A stretch of 12,124 nt of DNA from a virus, in UHGV virus genome UHGV-0069955; one strand, written 5' to 3'. The position numbers and the translations under genes are program-made. The notes under the pieces were generated by a model, which worked only from the letters and a program-made list of their open reading frames with translations, searched no databases and was not told the DNA's origin. Positions 6,166 to 12,124 of this stretch are shown here, piece by piece; position 1 is the first letter of the stretch; each line of letters begins with the position of its first letter.

Positions 6166-6522
6166 TTAGTGAGGTAGTGATGGCATCATTTTTATTATTA
6201 ACCCAACACCAGTTCCAACGGCTGCAAGAACTGAACCAATAATAGCCATGGCTTGGAGTCTCATTGCGCTGTGAAGTTCTGCTTTTGCATTAGCTATGTC
6301 TGTTTTAACAGATTCTACATTGGCAGATGTTGCATAGTTAGACTTAATTACAGCGATGTCGGTCGCCATGGTTGCGACTTTATCTTCAAGAATTTTTATG
6401 CGCTGTAACATGTCACCACCTCCACCGTTACCACCACCATATGTCTCATCATTATGGTGGTTATGTGGAAAATTATCAACTTTACTCCTGTCAAGAGGCA
6501 CAGCGTACAGATGTCGTTTCAT
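6166..6522 (-). CDS. Hypothetical tail-anchored membrane protein, 118 aa (gene B of the cI-linked cassette)
   Basis: N-terminal His/Gly-rich low-complexity stretch (NFPHNHHNDETYGGGNGGGGD), central amphipathic/coiled-coil-like segment (MLQRIKILEDKVATMATDIAVIKSNYATSANVESVKTDIANAKAELHSAMRLQ), and one C-terminal hydrophobic helix (AMAIIGSVLAAVGTGVGLIIKMM). ATG at 6522 overlaps the gene A stop (ATGA). Confidence 0.55.
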   Translation of the reverse strand: MKRHLYAVPLDRSKVDNFPHNHHNDETYGGGNGGGGDMLQRIKILEDKVATMATDIAVIKSNYATSANVESVKTDIANAKAELHSAMRLQAMAIIGSVLAAVGTGVGLIIKMMPSLPH

Positions 6523-6959
6523 TCCTTATCTCTGTTCGGGGTGGTTGAAATAAGAGCGCATTTTTTTTCATCAATAACTTCGCTAAGATTACCATCAATG
6601 TCTTCAAAGATGCGATAAATTATGTCATATGTTCCTGTTTCTATAAGTTTGATGTTTTTAACGAAAAGATATGTGCCAACCACAACATATTTTTCATTGA
6701 CAGGAGAAAACATAAATGTTTGCAGTTGCTCTTGATTGCTAGAGATATCAGGTAAAACCGATTCTCCATTGAATACGACATCAAGTTCGGTAGTGTATTT
6801 TTTTTCGTGCTCGAAGTACATTATTGCAGTTAGGTAAAATGAGCCGGAACAAGGGTATTCTTCCGACACTATTATAGGATCTGGTGTCATAAAAGGAGTG
6901 ATTGCCAGCCCGGGTTTTACCGCCGTTGTGTAGATTGTTATTATTTTTTCTTCTCTCAT
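6519..6959 (-). CDS. Hypothetical soluble protein, 146 aa (gene A of the cI-linked cassette)
   Basis: ATG at 6959 with an AAGGA Shine-Dalgarno; starts 18 nt after the cI stop codon, so probably co-transcribed with cI. Very AT-rich coding sequence. No hydrophobic helix; beta-rich-looking composition. Confidence 0.6.
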   Translation of the reverse strand: MREEKIITIYTTAVKPGLAITPFMTPDPIIVSEEYPCSGSFYLTAIMYFEHEKKYTTELDVVFNGESVLPDISSNQEQLQTFMFSPVNEKYVVVGTYLFVKNIKLIETGTYDIIYRIFEDIDGNLSEVIDEKKCALISTTPNRDKE

Positions 6960-6977
6960 GAAGATATTTCCTTAAAA

Positions 6978-7694
<717 letters not shown>

Positions 7695-7701
7695 TTAAAT
7701 C

Positions 7702-7767
7702 TATCACCGCGAGGGATAAATATCTAACACCGTGCGTGTTGACTATTTTACCTCTAGCGGTGATAAT
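7702..7767. promoter_or_regulatory. Right operator/promoter region: OR3 (7702-7718), OR2 (7725-7741), OR1 (7749-7765), with pR (+) and pRM (-)
   Basis: tatcaccgcgagggata, taacaccgtgcgtgttg, tacctctagcggtgata. pR -35 ttgact (7739-7744) and -10 gataat (7762-7767) are 17 bp apart. cro Shine-Dalgarno aaggagg lies at 7780-7786. Confidence 0.85.
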
Positions 7768-7782
7768 GGTTGCATGTACTAA

Positions 7783-7992
<210 letters not shown>

Positions 7993-7999
7993 ATAACCC

Positions 8000-8031
8000 C
8001 GCTCTTACACATCCCAGCCCTGAAAAAGGGC
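8000..8031 (+). promoter_or_regulatory. nutR: nutR (boxA 8000-8009, boxB 8017-8031)
   Basis: cgctcttaca (boxA) then gccctgaaaaagggc (boxB hairpin), immediately downstream of cro. Confidence 0.8.
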
Positions 8032-8094
8032 ATCAAATTAAACCACACCTATGGTGTATGCATTTATTTGCATACATTCAATCAATTGTTATCT

Positions 8095-8140
8095 AAGGAA
8101 ATACTTACATATGGTTCGTGCAAACAAACGCAACGAGGCT
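8095..8140 (-). promoter_or_regulatory. pRE-like CII-dependent promoter (leftward) spanning the cII start
   Basis: Minus strand carries TTGCGTTTGTTTGC (complement of 8120-8133), the TTGC-N6-TTGC CII-binding direct repeat at -35, as in lambda pRE. Confidence 0.55.
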
Positions 8141-8404
8141 CTACGAATCGAGAGTGCGTTGCTTAACAAAATCGCAATGCTTGGAACTGAGAAGACAGCG
8201 GAAGCTGTGGGAGTTGATAAGTCGCAGATCAGCAGGTGGAAGAGGGATTGGATTCCAAAGTTCTCAATGCTGCTTGCTGTTCTTGAATGGGGTGTCGTTG
8301 ACGACGACATGGCTCGATTGGCACGACAAGTTGCTTCGATTCTCACCAATAAAAAACGCCCGGCGGCAACCGAGCGTTCTGAACAAATCCAGATGGAATT
8401 CTGA
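8111..8404 (+). CDS. cII: CII transcriptional activator (lambda-type), 97 aa from ATG at 8111
   Basis: MVRANKRNEALRIESALLNKIAMLGTEKTAEAVGVDKSQISRWKRDWIPKFSMLLAVLEWGVVDDDMARLARQVASILTNKKRPAATERSEQIQMEF matches lambda CII. Track's 8051 start is an upstream extension. Confidence 0.92.
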   Translation: MVRANKRNEALRIESALLNKIAMLGTEKTAEAVGVDKSQISRWKRDWIPKFSMLLAVLEWGVVDDDMARLARQVASILTNKKRPAATERSEQIQMEF

Positions 8405-8426
8405 GGTCATTACTGGATCAATCCAC
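8350..8426 (-). ncRNA. oop: oop-like antisense RNA overlapping the cII 3' end
   Basis: Region 8350-8426 closely matches the complement of lambda oop RNA as recalled; its 3' end is a GC-rich hairpin (8357-8376) followed on the minus strand by TTTTTTAT. Exact ends inferred by analogy with lambda. Confidence 0.5.
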
Positions 8427-8436
8427 AGGAGTAATT

Positions 8437-8598
8437 ATGACAAAACGTCGTAAGAAATACCAGGAAAAAGAAGAGATTCGACACCCTGATTCACCTGAGG
8501 GATTAGTGGTAGCCGCAGCAAATAACAGGGCGTTCGCAGAGCGCCTTGTTGGTGTTTACAGACTAGCCAAAGCAGGAGTGAAACATGGGCGTCGTTAA
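8437..8598 (+). CDS. Small basic hypothetical protein, 53 aa ([53 protein letters not shown])
   Basis: Not in the ORF track. ATG at 8437 with an AGGAG Shine-Dalgarno, in the position where lambda O starts. Its 3' end overlaps the O start by 14 nt in another frame. Confidence 0.35.
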   Translation: MTKRRKKYQEKEEIRHPDSPEGLVVAAANNRAFAERLVGVYRLAKAGVKHGRR

Positions 8599-9406
8599 GT
8601 TAGCTGATTACAGGCCTCAACTGGAGGTCGTGGAGCATCGCGTGGCAGATACCGAAGATGGTTTCATGCGCGTTGCTAACGAGATTACCGACAGTCTGCT
8701 GATGGCTGATTTAACCGTCCGGCAGTTGAAGGTGATGCTCGCTATCATGCGCAAGACATACGGATTCAATAAGCCGATGGATCGACTCACAAACACGCAG
8801 ATAGCAGCCATGACAGGTATTCATCACACTCATGTTTGCGCTGCCAAGCGCCAGCTTATTGAGCGTAAATTCCTCATTGCTGATGGCGTGAAAATCGGAG
8901 TGAACAAGGTGGTTTCTCAGTGGATTAGCCAGGACAGCTTAACATTAGCTAAAACAGCTAATAAAACATTAGCCAAGTCGGCTAATGGGTATAAGCCAAG
9001 TCAGCTAAACACAAAAGACAATATACAAAAGACAATAAATACAAATACCCCCTTACCCCCTAACGGGGGCGGCGATGGGCAGGTTAAACCTGAACGTCGC
9101 AAGGCAGAACGAATCGACTACGAATCCTTCCTGAACGCTTACAACACCGAAGTCGGTGACAGACTGCCACACGCTGTTGCGGTCAACGAGAAACGCAAAC
9201 GCCGCCTGAAGAAAATCATCCCGCAACTGAAAACGCCAAACGTGGACGGTTTCAGAGCGTATGTCAGGGCGTTTGTGCATCAGGCCAAGCCGTTTTACTT
9301 CGGAGACAACGACACGGGCTGGACGGCTGATTTTGATTACCTGCTGAGAGAAGACTCGTTAACGGGAGTTCGGGAAGGGAAGTTTGCAGACAGGGGGATT
9401 GCATGA
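8585..9406 (+). CDS. O: Replication initiator protein, O-like (273 aa)
   Basis: N-terminal ...[54 protein letters not shown] aligns with the lambda O iteron-binding domain (DDGYARLSNMLLEA...DLTKRQFKVLLAILRKTYGWNKPMDRITDSQLSEIT). C-terminal half differs from lambda O. AGGAG Shine-Dalgarno; stop overlaps the helicase start (ATGA). Confidence 0.85.
   Translation: MGVVKLADYRPQLEVVEHRVADTEDGFMRVANEITDSLLMADLTVRQLKVMLAIMRKTYGFNKPMDRLTNTQIAAMTGIHHTHVCAAKRQLIERKFLIADGVKIGVNKVVSQWISQDSLTLAKTANKTLAKSANGYKPSQLNTKDNIQKTINTNTPLPPNGGGDGQVKPERRKAERIDYESFLNAYNTEVGDRLPHAVAVNEKRKRRLKKIIPQLKTPNVDGFRAYVRAFVHQAKPFYFGDNDTGWTADFDYLLREDSLTGVREGKFADRGIA
8924..9050. repeat. Candidate replication origin inside the O gene: four ~18-bp iterons (8924-9009) plus an A/T-rich stretch (9010-9050)
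   Basis: attagccaggacagcttaa (8924-8942), cattagctaaaacagctaat (8943-8962), cattagccaagtcggctaat (8967-8986), tataagccaagtcagctaaa (8990-9009). Each has internal dyad symmetry TTAGCC...GGCTAA. Followed by acacaaaagacaatatacaaaagacaataaatacaaatacc. Same layout as ori-lambda but different iteron sequence. Confidence 0.7.
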
Positions 9407-10779
9407 GACAGGATATCGAAGCGAGCGTTATCGGTGGCCTGCTGATTGGTGGATTAACACCAACCGCCAGTGACGTTCTGGCAACGCTGGAGCCGGAAGC
9501 GTTTTCAATTCCGCTCTACCGGAAAGCCTTCGAGGTTATCCGCAAGCAGGCGCGAAACAGAAACCTAATCGACGCACTGATGGTTGCCGAGGCGTGCGGA
9601 GAGGAGCATTTCACGTCAATCCTGATGACCAGCAAAAACTGCCCGAGTGCCGCAAACCTGAAGGGATATGCCGGAATGGTCGCGGATAACTATCACCGCC
9701 GACTGGTGCTGGAAATCATGGATGAAATGCGTGAACCAATTCAGAGCGGAACCATCGACGCATCGAGTCAGGCGATGGATGAACTTGTAAAGCGTCTTTC
9801 AGCCATCAGAAAGCCCCGTGACGAGGTAAAACCTGTACGGTTAGGGGAAATCATTACTGACTACACTGACACGCTTGACAGGCGTCTGAGGAACGGAGAA
9901 GAGTCCGATACCCTGAAGACCGGAATCGAAGAACTTGATGCCATCACCGGAGGGATGAACGCGGAAGACCTGGTGATAATCGCTGCTCGTCCTGGTATGG
10001 GGAAAACCGAACTGGCGCTGAAGATTGCCGAAGGCGTTGCAAGCCGCGTTATTCCTGGTTCTGACGTCCGGCGCGGGGTATTGATTTTCTCAATGGAAAT
10101 GAGCGCATTGCAGATTGCAGAGCGAAGCATTGCCAACGCCGGGAGGATGTCGGTTAGTGTGCTGCGAAATCCTGCAGCGATGGATGACGAAGGCTGGGCG
10201 CGCGTTGCTAACGGCATGAGTCAGCTTGCAGATTTGGATGTATGGGTAGTCGATGCCTCGCGGTTATCGGTCGAAGAAATACGCTCAATCGCAGAACGGC
10301 ACAAACAGGAAAATCCAAACCTCTCACTCATCATGGTGGATTATCTTGGCCTGATTGAGAAGCCGAAAGCAGATCGCAACGACCTCGCAATTGCTCACAT
10401 CTCCGGAAGCCTTAAGGCGATGGCGAAAGACCTGAAAACGCCTGTGATCTCCCTAAGTCAGCTTTCGCGCGATGTTGAGAAGCGACCAAACAAACGCCCG
10501 ACAAACGCAGATTTGCGTGATTCAGGAAGCATTGAGCAGGACGCAGACTCAATCATCATGCTCTATCGGGAAGCGGTATATGACGAGAACAGTAGCGCCG
10601 CGCCATTTGCTGAAATCATCGTGACGAAAAACCGTTTTGGCTCGCTTGGTACGGTTTACCAGCGGTTCTGTAACGGACACTTTGTTGCATGTGACCAGGA
10701 TGAAGCCAGACAGATTTGCACAGCATCAAATGCACCTGCTGCGCGTGGCAGACGATATGCACAAGGGGCTGACGTATGA
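9403..10779 (+). CDS. DnaB-family replicative DNA helicase (458 aa)
   Basis: Walker [13 protein letters not shown], Walker B-like [11 protein letters not shown], and DnaB C-terminal motifs [42 protein letters not shown]-terminal domain resembles the DnaB N-terminus. Not a lambda P-type helicase loader. Confidence 0.9.
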   Translation: MRQDIEASVIGGLLIGGLTPTASDVLATLEPEAFSIPLYRKAFEVIRKQARNRNLIDALMVAEACGEEHFTSILMTSKNCPSAANLKGYAGMVADNYHRRLVLEIMDEMREPIQSGTIDASSQAMDELVKRLSAIRKPRDEVKPVRLGEIITDYTDTLDRRLRNGEESDTLKTGIEELDAITGGMNAEDLVIIAARPGMGKTELALKIAEGVASRVIPGSDVRRGVLIFSMEMSALQIAERSIANAGRMSVSVLRNPAAMDDEGWARVANGMSQLADLDVWVVDASRLSVEEIRSIAERHKQENPNLSLIMVDYLGLIEKPKADRNDLAIAHISGSLKAMAKDLKTPVISLSQLSRDVEKRPNKRPTNADLRDSGSIEQDADSIIMLYREAVYDENSSAAPFAEIIVTKNRFGSLGTVYQRFCNGHFVACDQDEARQICTASNAPAARGRRYAQGADV

Positions 10780-10805
10780 CCATCTACATCACTGAGCTAA
10801 TAACA

Positions 10806-10836
10806 GGCCTGCTGGTAATCGCAGGCCTTTTTATTT
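10806..10836 (+). terminator. tR2-like rho-independent terminator
   Basis: ggcctgc (10806-10812), 8-nt loop, gcaggcc (10821-10827), followed by tttttattt. Matches the lambda tR2 region as recalled. Confidence 0.75.
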
Positions 10837-10852
10837 GGGGGAGAGGGAAGTC

Positions 10853-11293
10853 ATGAAAAAACTAACCTTTGAAATTCGATCTCCAGCACATCAGCAAAAC
10901 GCTATTCACGCGGTACAGCAAATTCTTCCAGACCCAACCAAACCAATCGTAGTAACCATTCAGGAACGCAACCGCAGCTTAGACCAGAATCGAAAGCTTT
11001 GGGCTTGCCTTGGTGACGTCTCTCGTCAGGTTGAATGGCATGGTCGCTGGCTGGATGCAGAAAGCTGGAAGTGCGTTTTTACAGCTGCATTAAAGCAGCA
11101 GGACGTTGTTCCTAACCTTGCCGGGAATGGCTTTGTGGTAATAGGCCAGTCAACCAGCAGGATGCGTGTAAGCGAATTTGCGGAGTTATTAGAGCTTATA
11201 CAGGCATTCGGTACAGAGCGTGGCGTTAAGTGGTCAGACGAAGCGCGACTGGCTCTCGAATGGAAAGCGCGATGGGGAGACCGGGCAGCATGA
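10853..11293 (+). CDS. ninB: NinB (Orf-family recombination mediator), 146 aa from ATG at 10853
   Basis: [68 protein letters not shown]... matches lambda NinB. Track's 10835 start is an upstream extension across the terminator. Confidence 0.9.
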   Translation: MKKLTFEIRSPAHQQNAIHAVQQILPDPTKPIVVTIQERNRSLDQNRKLWACLGDVSRQVEWHGRWLDAESWKCVFTAALKQQDVVPNLAGNGFVVIGQSTSRMRVSEFAELLELIQAFGTERGVKWSDEARLALEWKARWGDRAA

Positions 11294-11463
11294 TGCGATG
11301 TGATCGGTGCGGTGAATGCAAAGAAGATAACCGCTTCAGACCAAATCAACCTTACTGGAATCGATGGTGTCTCCGGTGTGAAAGAACACCAACAGGAGTT
11401 TTACCACTACCGCAGGAAAAGGAGGACGTATGGCGAGACAGCGACGAAGTATCACCGACATAA
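11290..11463 (+). CDS. ninD: NinD-like small Cys-rich protein, 57 aa
   Basis: [57 protein letters not shown]. The ATG overlaps the ninB stop (ATGA). Matches the lambda ninD region as recalled; lambda ninC is absent between ninB and ninD. Confidence 0.7.
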   Translation: MMRCDRCGECKEDNRFRPNQPYWNRWCLRCERTPTGVLPLPQEKEDVWRDSDEVSPT

Positions 11464-11612
11464 TCTGTGAAAACTGCAAATACCTTCCAACGAAACGCTC
11501 CAGAAATAAACGCAAGCCAATCCCAAAAGAATCTGACGTAAAAACCTTCAATTACACGGCTCACCTGTGGGATATCCGGTGGCTTAGAGAACGTGCGAGG
11601 AAAACAAGGTGA
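11430..11612 (+). CDS. ninE: NinE-like protein, 60 aa
   Basis: [66 protein letters not shown] Shine-Dalgarno upstream. Overlaps the ninD 3' end. Confidence 0.75.
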   Translation: MARQRRSITDIICENCKYLPTKRSRNKRKPIPKESDVKTFNYTAHLWDIRWLRERARKTR

Positions 11613-11779
11613 TTGACCAAAATCGAAGTTACGAACAAGGAAGTGTCGAGCGGGCTTTAACGTGCGCTAACTGCGGTAAGAAGCTGCATGTGCTGGAAGT
11701 TCACGTGTGTGAGCACTGCTGCGCAGAACTGATGAGCGATCCGAATAGCTCAATGTACGAGGAAGAAGACGATGAGTGA
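11609..11779 (+). CDS. ninF: NinF-like small Cys-rich protein, 56 aa (GTG start)
   Basis: (M)[55 protein letters not shown]. The GTG start overlaps the ninE stop (GTGA). Matches the lambda ninF region as recalled. Confidence 0.6.
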   Translation: MIDQNRSYEQGSVERALTCANCGKKLHVLEVHVCEHCCAELMSDPNSSMYEEEDDE

Positions 11780-12124
11780 GTTAATGAATGGCAATGCCAT
11801 CAAAATGACAAGCATTGAAATCGCTGAGTTGGTGGGTAAGCGTCATGACAATGTGAAACGTACCATCGAAACGCTGGCTAAAAATGGTGTTATCCGGCTT
11901 CCTCAAATTGAGGTTTCCGAAAGAATCAATAACTTAGGGTTCAATGTTCAGTACGAGCATTACGTCTTCGAGGGCGAACAAGGTAAGCGAGACAGTATTG
12001 TCGTTGTTGCCCAGTTGTCGCCAGAGTTCACCGCTCGCCTTGTTGACCGCTGGCGAGAGCTTGAAGAAGCTGCGGTTAATATCCCCAAAACGCTACCAGA
12101 AGCGTTGCGCCTTGCTGCTGATCT
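11772..12124 (+). CDS. Rha-family phage regulatory protein (antirepressor-like), N-terminal part; continues past the window end
   Basis: [43 protein letters not shown]...SIVVVAQLSPEFTARLVDRWRELEEA resembles the Rha domain (MTSLEIAE..GKRHDNV...AQLSP.FTAR.VDRWRELE). ATG at 11772 overlaps the ninF stop; an in-frame ATG at 11784 is an alternative start. No stop within the window. Confidence 0.6.
   Translation, partial: MSELMNGNAIKMTSIEIAELVGKRHDNVKRTIETLAKNGVIRLPQIEVSERINNLGFNVQYEHYVFEGEQGKRDSIVVVAQLSPEFTARLVDRWRELEEAAVNIPKTLPEALRLAAD

Noticed and set aside
8051-8453. Extended cII start at 8051 and overlapping ORFs 8089-8349 (-) and 8118-8453 (+)
   Set aside because: The lambda CII start MVRANKRNE is at 8111. 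The others are alternative-frame or antisense reads of cII; the minus-strand region is accounted for by pRE and oop.
8617-10217. Minus-strand ORFs 8617-8811, 9053-9280 and 9861-10217 antisense to the O and helicase genes
   Set aside because: Antisense to strongly supported replication genes; Ser/Arg-rich translations; no ribosome-binding sites.
10776-10856. 26-codon ORF ([26 protein letters not shown]) overlapping the helicase stop and spanning tR2
   Set aside because: Its reading frame is dominated by the terminator hairpin and T-tract; most likely a by-product of the terminator sequence rather than a gene, though translation is not excluded.
11026-11564. Minus-strand ORFs 11026-11349, 11336-11551 and 11352-11564 opposite ninB, ninD and ninE
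   Set aside because: Antisense to the conserved nin genes, no start signals, His/Arg/Ser-rich composition.

Overview
This window is the early/immunity region of a lambdoid prophage with lambda-type immunity, in lambda map orientation. Left to right: the 3' end of a tyrosine integrase (+) converging on an AlpA-family excisionase-like gene (-); a leftward early operon (- strand) carrying accessory genes, two HNH endonuclease genes, SSB, a Rad52-like single-strand annealing protein and small Kil-like and CIII-like genes; a low-GC 207-aa moron gene; N with nutL and pL/OL; a low-GC two-gene cassette sitting where lambda carries rexA/rexB; then cI, OR/pRM/pR, cro, nutR, cII with pRE and oop, an O-like initiator with internal iterons, a DnaB-type helicase, tR2, ninB/D/E/F and the start of a Rha-family regulator. 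The N-pL-cI-cro-cII-oop segment and the tR2-nin segment closely match lambda as I recall it; the recombination, replication-helicase and accessory modules do not. The best candidate for an undescribed system is the cI-linked cassette at 6166..6959 (soluble 146-aa protein plus a 118-aa tail-anchored membrane protein), followed by the low-GC gene at 4571..5194. All homology calls are from reading the translations and from memory of lambda/P22, not from database searches.
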